DNA of 64,000 bases, taken from NCBI RefSeq assembly GCF_006345805.1, contig NC_042999.1:173166001-173230000 (forward strand). The letters run 5' to 3'. This document shows positions 1 to 12,187 of this stretch, piece by piece. The first letter of the stretch is position 1. Every line of letters starts with the position of its first letter. The notes beneath the pieces were generated by a model. It worked only from the letters and a program-made list of their open reading frames with translations, was not told the origin of the DNA and did no database searches. This DNA comes from Octopus sinensis (lineage: Eukaryota). The translations under genes were made by a program, and so were the position numbers.

Positions 1-557
1 ACAACTCGAGCAAACAGGCCAACAATTTTTTGCATAATTTTAAGATTTGGTATACCACAAAATTCACACAAAAACTTTTCTGAAATTCGTAACTCCTTGT
101 GTGTTTGTCTAATCTTCTTGAGTCTGTTAATTCCTCGTGAGTTTGTGAATTCTTCCTCATCACTATTATAATCCTCTGTTGGATTATTATAACGCCCACT
201 GCGGTAAAGCAGTATGCTTAGTTACAGAAGTAAGATACGTCTATCTCGACTAAATACTCGACCGACACTCACAATATTTGTAATGACTAACACATACCAC
301 TCGTCGAGTGGGAGGGGTAGTCAATTAATATTATAATCCGCATAACAGTTAGTGGTGGGAGAGAGAATAGGAACTACACAGTCTGGATCCTTATTACCCT
401 GTAGGATTATGTTTGAGTTAACAATATATGTGTATCTCCCTGCCATTCAATCTATTAGATTTGATTTTATCTCATTTTATGCCAGCCTTATTACATTTGG
501 ATCTGAGTTGGAATGAAACTAAGATAATGGTACATACAGAAATTAAGAATTTAATAA

Positions 558-593
<36 letters not shown>

Positions 594-1242
594 TTATACA
601 AAAAATCGAGAGTGAACAAGAAAGAGAGAGAGGGGGAAAGAGAGATCTAAGAAAAAATACCTACAAGTACAGAATATTAAAAATACGCATGTACATAACA
701 GTGAAATCAAATTAAAATAAAATAATGACAGTTGACAATATTAATAATCACAACATATATTTTAAACAGCCAAGCCATTAGGTATGCTAGAAATAGAAGT
801 CATATTTCCATAAAAGATACTGCACTGTTTTAGAAGAAATACGCTTAATGTGTTTTTGCTACAATACTCCGGGAAAAATGTGACGGATGATAACAGCTTG
901 TTTTTGATCTCCTGAACTCCTTTAGGTATAATTGTGATAAATAGATAATCATAAAATAAACAATCATATGAATAATAATGGAAAAGAAATTTGTCTCATA
1001 ATTCACAAATGGAGACAATTTCATTTCGGATCTCGTCCCTTACCTAGCCTCTATTAAATGCGTTTGCCAAAACGCACTAACGGCCCTCAATATTTTATGA
1101 GTAACATTTTGAGACAGACCATAGCTACATCTAAAATGTCTTTGCTACACGTTTCAGATATTATTCACATGCATAATAAGGTGAAGAATTCTCTCTGTCA
1201 GAAATTCTTTAATGAATCTAATTACTGAATGGATATACAGTT

Positions 1243-1525
1243 GAGGGCGTGGCTGTGTCGGAAGAAACTTGCTTATTAATCATATGGCTCCGGGCTCGGT
1301 CCTATTTCGTTGCACTTTGGGCGAGTGTCTTCTACTGTAGCCTCTGGCCGACGGCAGCTTTGGGTGGATTTGTAGGCAGAAACTGAAAGAACTCCGTTGT
1401 ATATGTGAGTTTGTTCCTTGTGTTTGTCTTCCACCGCCGCTTGACAACCGGTGTAGGAGTGTTTACGTCCCAGTAACAGAATGGTTCAGCATAAGGGCCC
1501 GATGGAATACGAACCGGGGTTAACA
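1243..1525 (+). mobile_element. tRNA-derived SINE (octopus-type family), diverged
   Basis: A-box-like GTGGCTGTGTCGG and B-box-like GGCTCGGTCC head, body ...GGCGAGTGTCTTCTACTGTAGCC...AAACTGAAAGAA; homologous to the reverse copy at 18500-18660. Confidence 0.75.
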
Positions 1526-1707
1526 AAATATTAAGTACAGGTGTCGATTGATATGACTAAAAATTCTCCAATGCAGTGTCCCACTCTAATGACTGAAATG
1601 ATAAAAGCTGAAAAATATCTGAAGAAGATTTATTGGAATAATCGAATAATCTATCTTGAATATATTTTTCTCTCCTTGTTTCTCTCCTTGTTTTGTTTTT
1701 CTGTGTA

Positions 1708-1745
1708 TCTTTCTGTAGATGAGCGTAGGCTCGAAACGTAAAAGA
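1708..1745 (+). ncRNA. Minimal type I hammerhead ribozyme variant, probably in a PLE terminal-repeat remnant (~1640-1835)
   Basis: TCTTT-CTGTAGA-T-GAGC gtag GCTC-GAAAC-GTA-AAAGA: perfect stem I (TCTTT/AAAGA) and stem II (GAGC/GCTC); core A6 replaced by T; no intramolecular stem III. Confidence 0.55.
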
Positions 1746-1836
1746 CTTTTTCTATTCCTGAGAGCTATACTAATATATCTGTTTCTTTGTACACCACCTG
1801 CCTTCGTCTTTTGTATATTTTCGTAAACTTTCCCTT

Positions 1837-1883
<47 letters not shown>

Positions 1884-2964
1884 ACAGAGATTCTATGGTA
1901 TTGCTGAAAGGAATATCCACTAATGGAAATTGAAAGTTCTTTTCAATTTCCAAATATCTGGAAGGATAAATATTGTAATTTTTAAGCATATATAACTGTC
2001 CCTATGCGCACAATCGATATACGTCCTTACTGGATTAAATATTTTGCTAATGGCAAGACAGAACGGTTGCTAAGGTCCAAGTAATATAATCACGATAAGA
2101 AATATGCTTGTAATAGAGTAATTATAATTATGATAAGGATTACACTGATAAGAATATTTACTTCGATATTCAGTCTTATGAAATTTTGAATATCCACATG
2201 TCTGCATATTATAAGCCATACATATGCATACTGACTCATTTCTGCAAACACATGCATGTATATACGCCAACATCTTATCGCTTACACAAACAACTTGGCC
2301 ACATGCGCAGCTAATATAATTTTCCTTTGAACACAGTGGAGTCAGAAGATACATCGCATAAAATCTGTATCAAATAAAGCCATATAAAATAGAAGAAATC
2401 TTTCCATTCCCAAAATGAAAATGGATTTAATCTAATTCTGCTAAGAAAAGAATAAAATACCACAATATCCTCAATTCTGACAGAATATCCACTCTGTTAT
2501 TAATGATTATATTATTATAACTGCTAATATCTTAGTAGTAGTAGTAATAGTAATAGGAGGAGGACGAGGACGGGGAGGAGGGGGAGGAGGACAACGACGA
2601 AGAGGGGGATTTTGTCATTAGATGAAAGATCGTAAACATCTTGAAAAGAAGATATTCATCAACACTAAAACTCCATTAGCAATAGCTAAAAGTCTTTTGT
2701 ATTATATATTACATATGTGATTGAGAAACTATGAAAATATCACTTGTTTATGTATTCAGACAGTGTTCTACTTATAAATAGTCACTAAATGAATGTGTCA
2801 AACAGTCTTTGACAACCAATGAAATTTCGATGATTCGATATAGTTACACATATTTTTGCTCATCATGTCTTACATACGTGCATACACGCATACTTATATG
2901 TATAGATTCATAGAGACATATATACATACATATGCATACATACACGTATGTATGTGTGCATATG

Positions 2965-2979
2965 AATATAGATAGATAA

Positions 2980-3059
<80 letters not shown>

Positions 3060-3385
3060 ATTGATTGATTGATAGGTACATATATATTCCCGTGCATGCA
3101 TAGAGACAAATATTTACATAAGCAGACAAACAGACAAACAGACAGACAGATACACAGACAGACAGATAGACAGACTGATAGATCGATAGATTGGTAGATA
3201 GAGATAGCGAGATAGAGAGATAGATAGACAACTAGGTAGGTAGGTAGGTAGGTAGATGTAGGTAGGTAGGTAGGTAGGTAGGTAGGTAGCTAGGTAGGTA
3301 GGTAGGTAGGTAGGTAGGTAGGTAGGTAGGTAGGCAGGTAGGTAGGTAGGTAGGTAGGTAGGTAAGCAGGTAGAAAGACAGGTAA
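2965..3385. repeat. Compound microsatellite (GATA)n / (GACA)n / (TAGG)n
   Basis: Directly visible tandem tetranucleotides; explains ORFs 2844-3231. Confidence 0.97.
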
Positions 3386-3837
3386 AGTTTTATATCCACT
3401 TTTCGAGCAAGAGTCTACGACCCAGTTACAGTAGCACCATTGTTATTATTTCAATTTCTTTTACGGCGCATTCCCTGCTTTTGATGTTGCAGTGAACTTA
3501 GCGTTCTCTAACACTATCTTTTAACAACCTATCATGTTCAAAGCCACTTCGATGAATTCAAAGTCAGAAGAATACAGTTTCATTGCTAACATTTTAATAA
3601 AAGAAGTGCCATAAATGTGACATTCGTCTCACTTGATCCTTCCATAGAATTTGTTGGTTATCTTTGTTGCGTTGTAAAGTATTATTTCAACTTCAGTTAA
3701 AGCATAGATGACGGAATGAAAATTTCCTTAAAAAAAATGAATGTTCGATCACTTGATATAGGAAGAAAAGTTAGAATGTCTCACCTGCTCGACGTGCAAC
3801 ATGAACAAGTTGAAATTTCAGAAAATATTGAAGAAAA

Positions 3838-3988
3838 TTATTTACATTATTTACATTTGACAGATATTTCTTCTCAGCTTGATTTTTGTTAGCACAACAT
3901 TTCGGCTGATATACCCTTCAGCATTCATCAGGTGTCTTGGGGAAATTTCGAACCTGGGTTCTCATTCCTAAGGTATTTTTCGATGTTA

Positions 3989-4055
<67 letters not shown>

Positions 4056-4085
4056 TATTCAGGTTACTGCCTGGAATCGAACTCA
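3838..4085 (-). mobile_element. PLE terminal repeat copy (5'-truncated tRNA-like head, (AAT)n, hammerhead tail), inverted relative to the adjacent copy
   Basis: Reverse complement reads GAGTTCGATTCCAGGCAGTAACCTG-(AAT)n-AACATCGAAAAATACC...GACAC CTGATGA...GAAA; matches 6613-6785 and 22590-22835. Confidence 0.8.
3892..3936 (-). ncRNA. Minimal hammerhead ribozyme motif, mutated (GAAAT instead of GAAAC)
   Basis: GACAC CTGATGA A TGCTG aagggtatat CAGCC GAAA T GTT GTGC. Confidence 0.6.
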
Positions 4086-4091
4086 GAATCG

Positions 4092-4180
4092 CTCCATAAT
4101 TGGCAACAGGTATATGGCGTAGTGGTTAAGAGCGCGGGCTACTAACCCCAAGATTCCGAGTTCGATTCCAGGCAGTGACG

Positions 4181-4256
<76 letters not shown>
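4092..4256 (+). mobile_element. PLE terminal repeat, 5' part: tRNA-like head (4108-4180) plus (AAT)n; continues at 6557-6785
   Basis: A box TGGCGTAGTGG, B box GAGTTCGATTCC; same head follows PLE GIY-YIG ORF ends at 22752-22824 and ~58462-58530. Confidence 0.8.
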
Positions 4257-4700
4257 TAATTGCTTATTGATCGACATGAGAATCCCCTGTGATCATAATA
4301 TCTCAGCGAAAGAGTTTGACAAGCTCAGAAAATATAAAGACCTACTCATTGAAATTGAGAAAATGTGGCATCTCAAGGCGGTTACAATACCAGTGATCGT
4401 AGGAGCACTAGGAATGATCAAGACGGGAACCGAAAATTATATGAGAATGATCCCTGGCTTACCATCCCTGCAAGATGTGCAAAAGATTGTCTTAACTGGT
4501 ACATCACACGTATTGAGAAGAGCATTGTCGATTTGAGAACTGTTGCTGCTCATGTATTTTAAATTAACTTAAAAAAAAAAATGAACGAACTATTGAGTTT
4601 GGTTTAATGGCCTACCAATGTATACTATGAGTTTCTTTGCCCTAGGAGTCGGGAAGACACTCAGCAAGAAATGGAAGCAAATTTGAAAGAAGAAAAAAAG
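4257..4700 (+). mobile_element. R4/Dong-type non-LTR retrotransposon 3' fragment (RLE C-terminus plus 3' UTR)
   Basis: ORF 4180-4536 after poly-N: CLLIDMRIPCDHNISAKEFDKLRKYKDLLIEIEKMW...IPVIVGALG; 3' end abuts TAATAATAAT; same 3' UTR recurs reversed at 34622-34685. Confidence 0.85.
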
Positions 4701-4712
4701 TAATAATAATAA

Positions 4713-6551
4713 CAATTTAGCCTTAAAACCTCTCTCAAAACTGCTCAATGACGCGCAGTACGGGTATAAAATGTTTGATAAAAATATAAATCATCCTCTT
4801 TTACATGGATGATTTAAAGCTTTTTGCAAAAAATAACCAACAACTCAAGGGCTTACTAGCGATAGTCAAACAATTCAGTGACGACATCAGAATGCAATTT
4901 GACCTCGATAAATGTGCAAAAGCTACCTTCATCAAAGGAAAAATGACAGAAACATCTAACGTTAACTTTGACCAGCAGAATGTCATAAAAGAACTAGACC
5001 CAGCAGAGAGCTACAAGTACCTAGGGGTAATTGAAAGGGACGGAATAAGGCATTCAGAGATGAAGGAAAGGATCAGAAGAGAATGTTATCGAAGAGTGAG
5101 AGCAATACTGAAGACAGAGCTGAATGCAAGAAACAGGATCGAAGCGATCAATGCATTAGCCATACCAGTCGTGACTTACAGTTTCAATATCGTTAACTGG
5201 TCAATTACTGAAATATGTCAGCGTGACAGAAAAATACGAAAATTGTTGACAATGTATAGAATGCACCACCCTAAGGCAGATACAGAACGACTTTATCTAC
5301 CAAGAAAAGAGGGAGGCCGTGGTCTTTTAAAACTGGCAATAACAATGAAGATTGCTACAATTGGCCTAGACACCCACTTGAAAAAGTCTGACGAGTGGAT
5401 GTTAAAACTTGCCTCAAAACATGAAAACAAGAAAGCATCATACTCAGTAACAAAACAGGCAAAGGAATATCTAAGTGAATTCCGAATACAACAAATTTAG
5501 GAATTAGAGATAGACTTACAAGAAACAAGCACAGAAAAAGCTAAGCGCATGAAAACCCGTGCCAAAACTGCGGCCTTAGATATTCTGAATAATAAATGGC
5601 AAGAAAAACCTCTCTATGGCAAATACCCAAAGAGAGCGAATAATGCAGATATTGACAAAGCCCTGACCCATCAATGGCTAATGGCCGCTGGCTTAAAATC
5701 TGAAACAGAGGGGTTTATCATAGCAGCTCAAGATCAATGCCTACCAACAAGAAACTACCAGGCCAACATATTAAAGAACGGCAGTAGCCCAACATGTCGT
5801 GTATGTCGACAACAAAGTGAAACCATTGATCATGTTGTCTCCAAGTGCAGTCTTCTAGCGCCTACAGAGTACCTCAACAGGCATGATAGAGCTTCACACT
5901 ATATTCACTGGGTAATTTGCAAAATCCTGGATTTGCCCCATGATAAAAACTGGTGGGAACACAATCCACCTCCAGTGCTTGAAAAGGACCACATCTCGCT
6001 CCTCTGGAACTTCACCATTCAAACTGACAGAAAGATAGATGCAAATAGGCCAGACATCATATTGAAAGACTTCAAACAAAGAACATGCCTCCTCATTGAT
6101 ATGACTGTCCCAATCGATATAAATGTATCTGTCAAGACCTACCAAAAACTGAGCAAAATATAAAGATCTTGAAATAGAAAGCAGCAAAATGTGGAACCTG
6201 AAGACTAAAACAATACCTGTTGTCATAGGTGATCTGGGAATAATAGCGAAAGGGGCTGATTGCTACCTAACTCAGACACCAGGAAACCCCAAAATGGCAG
6301 AAATTCAAAAGACAGTGCTCATGAGAACTGCTCATATCCTACGCAAAATACTCTCTATGTAATCCCAAGGTTTAAAACAAACTTTTTTTTTAAATTTATT
6401 TATTAGACATTCACTAGTACAACACCAACAAGAAAACAAATATATGGCACACTAGGCATAACAACAACGGGAACTTCCAACCTGTTGTCTCTTGAGGTCT
6501 CTGGGTGAGACTTGGAGCCAACTTGTACAAACATAAAGCAAAAAGTCAAAC

Positions 6552-6556
<5 letters not shown>
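4713..6556 (+). mobile_element. R4/Dong-type non-LTR retrotransposon, 5'-truncated (RT C-half, CCHC finger, RLE, 3' UTR)
   Basis: YMDDLKLF RT motif, YKYLGV, CRVCRQQSETIDHVVSKC finger, RHD and RPDII...LLIDM RLE motifs; ends in (AAT)n. Confidence 0.92.
4805..6163 (+). pseudogene. RT-CCHC-RLE polyprotein remnant of the R4/Dong element
   Basis: ORFs 4805-5500 and 5549-6163 are in the same frame, split by one TAG; a frameshift near 6160 interrupts KLSK-YKDL. Confidence 0.88.
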
Positions 6557-6601
<45 letters not shown>

Positions 6602-6785
6602 TTAATAATAATAACATCGAAAAATACCCAGGTTCGAAATTTCCGCTAGACACGTGATGAAGCCTGGAGGGTATATCAGCCGAAATGTTGTGTTAATAAC
6701 AAACAAGATGAGAACAAATATCCGTCAAATGTAAATAATGTAAATAATGTACATAATTCCTCATCTCTTAAATATAGAACTGTAT
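6557..6785 (+). mobile_element. PLE terminal repeat, 3' part: (AAT)n plus hammerhead tail
   Basis: AACATCGAAAAATACC...GACAC GTGATGA...CAGCC GAAATGTTGTGTT...AAATATCCGTCAAATGTAAATAATG; homologous to 3838-3990 and 22590-22735 reversed. Confidence 0.8.
6649..6694 (+). ncRNA. Minimal hammerhead ribozyme motif, degenerate (core C3 to G, GAAAT)
   Basis: GACAC GTGATGA A GCCTG gagggtatat CAGCC GAAA T GTT GTGTT. Confidence 0.5.
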
Positions 6786-6789
6786 TGAA

Positions 6790-8520
6790 GAAAATATCGT
6801 CTAAAATTGTGACTAATTAGAAACAATGCCCTCTTCTCATAAAGTATGGATTCCCGACAAAAAATTTTCAGCGAATAAGAAAGTATCTTTGAAGTGTAAA
6901 TAAACTGAGAAAAGACAAATGGTGATCAATAGAAATCGAGCTTCAAACGGCTGTTGATAGAAAGGATACAACAGCCTTTTATGAATGAATGAAGAAAAAA
7001 GTGTTTATGGACCTCATCAACATGAATTGTCACCAGTATTAGCTTCGGGTGGATCTACTTCGCTTAATGATAAAGGTAATAGATCCTTAAGCACTGAAAA
7101 GAATACTTCGAAACAGTTTTGAATTCAGCAAATGACATGGATCATAACTTCATTAACGTAGTTTCTTTAGGCCGGACATTCCTGGATTCGACTTTGATCC
7201 GACATAAGCGGAAGTTAAAAAGGCTATAAAGCAAACGGCATCAGGTAAATCGCCTGGTAATGATGCAATATCAAATGAAGTGTACAAATATGGAGGTAAT
7301 ATACTCATGCTTTGTATTTATTGTTTTGATTTCGAGGAATGTTCAGGTTCCTCGGGAATTTAAAGATTTATTTATTACATGGCTATTTAAAAAAAAAGTT
7401 GGAAAAGAATTGTGTGGCATCCATCGGTGTAAGTCAATGAACTCTGTGGCGGGCAAGATCTTTGCTCGAGTTCCTCTTAACAGAATAATAATTCACCTGG
7501 TAGATCATGTATATATTAAATCCAATATGGCTTCGAAGCTGAGAGATGATATATGGCTTGCGGCAGGTTTCAGAGATAGCACAGGAGAAAAACAGTGAAT
7601 CATTTATGATCTTTGTTGACTTAACAAAGGCTTTTGTCTCCTTCACTTGTGATGCTAATTAGATGATCAGTGTTATAAGGTTATTCAAAGAAAACATGCG
7701 AAGTTCTGTTAAGTTAGATTGAGCTTAAGATATTTTTCCTGTAAAACAAGGGACAGCTCCAGGTACTGAAAGTCACCCGTATTTGTGTTTGTTATTAACA
7801 GTTCTCTAATACTACATTATGCCTTCAGAGCTTGTAATAATGGCGTTTTGCTTGCATTCAGAACATCAGGTGGGCACTTCAATGACTCCATGTTTGCTGA
7901 TGATGGGAATTCTAATATATAATTTTTTTCTCGGGAAGCACAAGAAGTTGTAAGCCGATATTCCTATGCGGCAAAGGCATTTAGTCTGACAATCAGTGTG
8001 AAAGAGACAGCAGTCATATGACAACCAAAAGCAACCCCTGTCCATAGAAGAGGCAAATTACTACCTACACACAATACAGTGCGCCATCACGTCAAATAGT
8101 TGTGAGCAACAAATCTCTAAAGTACATGAAGTTTTTTCTATGCTTAGGAAGCAAAACACATTCAAAGGCTTCTTTAGATGATGAAGTTCAAAAAAGAAAC
8201 ACCAACGCTGGTGATGTTTTTACATAACTGCGAGCAATGTTAAGAAATATGAGAAGATAGATTTGAAAACCAAAACGTCAGTTTTCCACGCTGATGTCCA
8301 ACATTGCTGAATGGGTCTGAATCGTGGACAATATATAGAAAACACATCACACAACTTGATACATTCTACAAGTAATGTCTTAGAGATTTTTGGGATTTCA
8401 CATAGAGTGACAATGACTCTAATGCATAGTTTTATAAATAATATAAAAAGTACAGACGCCAAGTCGATGTAATCTCAAGTAACATGGGCTGGCCATGTAG
8501 CTAGATGAATAATGAATGAG
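6790..8520 (+). mobile_element. RTE-clade LINE, degenerate RT region
   Basis: Fragmented frames give AIKQTASGKSPGNDAISNEVYKYGG, SVAGKIFARVPLNR, FVDLTKAF and a terminal WAGHV-like motif. Confidence 0.75.
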
Positions 8521-8551
8521 TGCCGCAAATTGATCGTATATATATACATGC

Positions 8552-8639
<88 letters not shown>

Positions 8640-9180
8640 ATATCATAGGAATTTTCAAATGAGACACATGCTGGATTAGTATCGTTGTTTGTATATTTAA
8701 TCTATGGCGTCGCTGTTGATAAAGACTTCGCCTGGTAAATAATAATTTTTATTTAGTAAAATAAGTCAGAAACCATGGTCCAGGAATTAGATGGTAAATG
8801 TTTTTATTTTTCATTCCCTTCGAGAATATATCCCCAATTGCTGGTTTGGACATTAACTGTCCTTTCTAGCGTAAAGGATTCCTGTGATGGAAACCTCTTA
8901 ATGTGTTTTAATGTACACTGTATTTTATATAATTAATATATAGTCTATTGACTAATTTTTTTTTACTAGGCCAATGGTAGTAAAAATTTCTAAAATTTTT
9001 ATTACCCTGATATTATTAATTATATATATATATATATATGATTAACATATATATATAAAGATATATATATAGACACACACATATATATATACATACATAT
9101 ATATAAATCCTTAAATCCTTAAAAATGTTTTAGCCCGAAGGCCGCGGCCATGCTGGGGCACCACCGCTGAATAAGCTACA

Positions 9181-12100
9181 CTAGTTTGTGAATCCACCTC
9201 TGATACGTGGCACTTGATCAACAAGGGAGTTCGATGCTGCTGCCCGCATCCGTGTCTCCTGTCGTGAGGTAGGTTCATCTGGGACTCCCAACAAGAAGAG
9301 ATCCAGTTTAGTTTTAAAGAAACCCACATCCACACCATGTAAGTCTCTTAGGCATTTAGGGAGGATGTTAAAGAGCTGTGGTCCTCTGAAACCCAAGCTG
9401 TTGCAGTATCTGGACCTGTATTTTGATGTTGATGTTGGAATCCTTGGCACCACGCAGCGGCGCCCCGTTCTGCGGTTGGAGTAACTTTGAATGCCAAAGT
9501 TTGGGACAAGACCCTCCAGGATTTTCCAGATGTATATCACTGCATATCTCTCCCGCCTCCGCTCCAGGGAGAAGAGGTTTAATACCTTCAGTCTTTCCCA
9601 GTAGCTGACATTTTGCATTGAGACGATTTTCTTTGTGTAGCTTCTCTGAGTTGCTTCGAGATCTGCTGTTTGTTTTATATTGTGTGGTGACCAAAGTTGG
9701 GAGCAGTAGTCCAAGCGGCTGAGGACAAATGTTTTCCATAGGACCATCAGTGTCTCCTTCTCTCTTGTTCTGAAAGTTCGGAGAATCCATCCAGCTAGCC
9801 GTCTGCATTTTATCACCAGATTAGCAATATGCATTTGGAAAGATGCATCATTGCTCATGTCAATGCCCAGGTCACGCACTGATTTTGAATCAGGGATTGC
9901 AATTCTTCCTGGGCCAGTGTATCCAGTCTTCACGTCATTTACCTTTGTGTGCCAGTAGCGCAGGGCCTGGAACTTACCTGCATTAAACTGCATGTTGTTG
10001 TCCTCAGCCCACCTGTATATTGTGTCCAGCTCATGTTGCAGATGCGCAATATTTTCAGGGTTTTGTATTGCGTGGGAGACTTTTGTGTCATCTGCATAGC
10101 TAGCAAGGGTGGTCATCGTAGCAACTGAAGGCATGTCTGAAAGGGCCACTATGAACATCAGTGGCCCCAAGACAGTGCCCTGTGGGACACCGCTTGTTAT
10201 TTGCGTTTCCTTGGAGGTGGCTCCATTGCTCACAACTGCCTGTTTTCTGTCTTTTAGGAAGTTGTGCAGCCACTCTCCAAGTTTCCCGCCTATGCCGAGA
10301 CCACGCAGTTTGTGACAGATCATACCATGGTCGACTTTATCAAAGGCTTTTGCAAAGTCGAGATATATTACATCCACATTTGAGCCATTTAGTAGCTGTT
10401 TCAACACCCAGTCATAGTGTTGCAGGAGCTGTGTTAGGCAGCCTCTACCTGGTCGAAATCCATGCTGGGTGTCAGACAGTAAGTCATTTTCTTCAAGGAA
10501 CATGATTAGTTTCTTACGGACTATTCGTTCCATGACTTTGCTGATGTGTAAGGTCAGAGAGATAGGCCTATAATTTTTAGAATCTGCTCTGCTACCTCCC
10601 TTATGGATAGGGCATATTACCCCCTCTTTCAGTTTGACTGGGAGCTTACCACTTGCAAGAAAGCTCTGAAAAAGAAGCTGTAGCGGTTTTGCAAGGACTC
10701 GTTTGCACGATTTGAGAAGGATCGCTGGGAATCCATCAGGTCCAGCAGCTGAGTTTGTGTCAATCTCATCAATGGCTAGTGTGATATCATCTTCTTCGAT
10801 GTTGATGTACTCAATTTTTGTCTCTTTGGCCGCTGGTAAAGTGGCAAAGAATTCTTCTGGGTTGTTTACTTGCCTGTGTCCTAGAGGTGTAGTGAACACA
10901 CTTTGGAACTGTTCGTTCAGTATTTCACTTATCCTCGTGGAATTTCCTGTGAGAGAGCCATCTTTTTGGAAGAGAGGTCCTATTCTCTGGTGCACTGTGG
11001 CTGTCTCTTTGGCAAACTTAAAGAAAGCTTTAGGGTTTGATTTTATATTTTCTATTACCCAAGCTTCTTTATCTGCTCTCTCCTTTTCATGGGACTGATG
11101 TAGACTTTTCTCAGTTTCCATTAGCATTCTTTCGAGCCGAGACTTCTCACCACTTTTGGTGTGCTTGCTCAGGCGGTTTGCAATCCTTGTCCGTCGTCTC
11201 ATAAGAATCCTCCTTTCTCTAGGGATCCTGTTTTTGTTCTTGTGTGTGCTGGCCCTGCACATTGGGACATATTTGTCACATATGGCTTGTATTATGGACA
11301 TGAAGTGTTTGTGTTTCATGTTTATGTCCGGTGTGGAGAGACATTCAGGCCAATCCTGTTTGAGGATCTCTTTCTCAATCGACTTCCAGTTGGCTTTATG
11401 AAAGTTTAAGTTGGAGAGATGGTGGGTGCTTCGTATAGGCTGTGTGTCTGCGGGGGCTTTTGTTCCATACATAGACAGCTCTATTATGTTGTGATCCGAG
11501 ATCATTGTCAGCATCACATTAACATTATGGATAATATCCATATTGTTTGTGAAGCAGAGATCCAGTATATTATCTGCCCTTGTTGGTTGCAGAACTATTT
11601 GCTCCATGAAAGAGGCATTTGTGAGATGGAGCAGGGACTCCACCTGTGCCTGCTGATGGTGTGTCATCCCTGGGAGCATCTGCCCCCCCAGGCCATTCCA
11701 CATTGGGGAGGTTAAAGTCACCCATGAAGAATACACTGTTGTGCTGTTCAAGGTTGGTGAGGACTTCTCCTATTTTTGTTAGGCAGTCTTCAAACATGCC
11801 TGAGTGTTTTGGAGCATCTGGTGGGCGATATGTAGTGCATATGACGATATTCAGTTGTCTTATGTGTACAATTTGAGTTTCACATACTGAGTTTGAATAT
11901 GACAGCAGGACCTGGGGCGTGAGGTCATCTCGGATGTACATTGCAACTCCACCATGGCTCCTCCCTTTTCTATCTGTGCGTATGACTGCATATTGCGGTA
12001 TGTGTATTTCTGCATCACCTATACCGGGTTCAAGATGCGTTTCTGTGAGTGCCATGCATATAGCTTGATTGCATGTCACAAGGTCTCTCAGGAATGAAAT

Positions 12101-12187
12101 TTTCTTTTTACAGTTTCCGCGCAGCAGCCCTCCTACATTCAGTAGAAATATTTTTGTGGTGTGTGTGTTGGTGTCTGTGGTGGCCAT
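9181..12187 (-). CDS. LINE ORF2: APE endonuclease plus reverse transcriptase, one +1 frameshift at the C7 run 11683-11689
   Basis: ORF 11570-12280 gives APE motifs (LTETHL, GGVAMYI, TYRPP, GDFNLP); ORF 9181-11751 gives NILDLCFTN, AAGPDG, YRPISL, LDFAKAFDKVDH, GVPQGTVLGP, YADD, RDLG; likely start MATTDT at 12187. Confidence 0.92.

Noticed and set aside
177-423. Possible solo LTR (TGTT...AACA, ~247 bp)
   Set aside because: No TSD, PBS or polypurine tract on either orientation and no second copy in the window
1035-1100. Hammerhead-like remnant on the minus strand (GGCC...GGC AAAC GC ATT)
   Set aside because: Both core halves have deletions or substitutions and stem I does not pair
2844-3231. 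ORFs with IYLS, YIYI, poly-N, poly-I, poly-L or poly-S runs here and at 14.3, 15.7, 30.5, 31.3, 34.2-36.9, 43-45 and 56.3 kb
   Set aside because: Translations of microsatellites that lack stop codons in some frames; no coding evidence
4108-4180. Candidate tRNA gene (anticodon ACT)
   Set aside because: Acceptor and anticodon stems are imperfect and the segment is always embedded in the PLE repeat; treated as a tRNA-derived head
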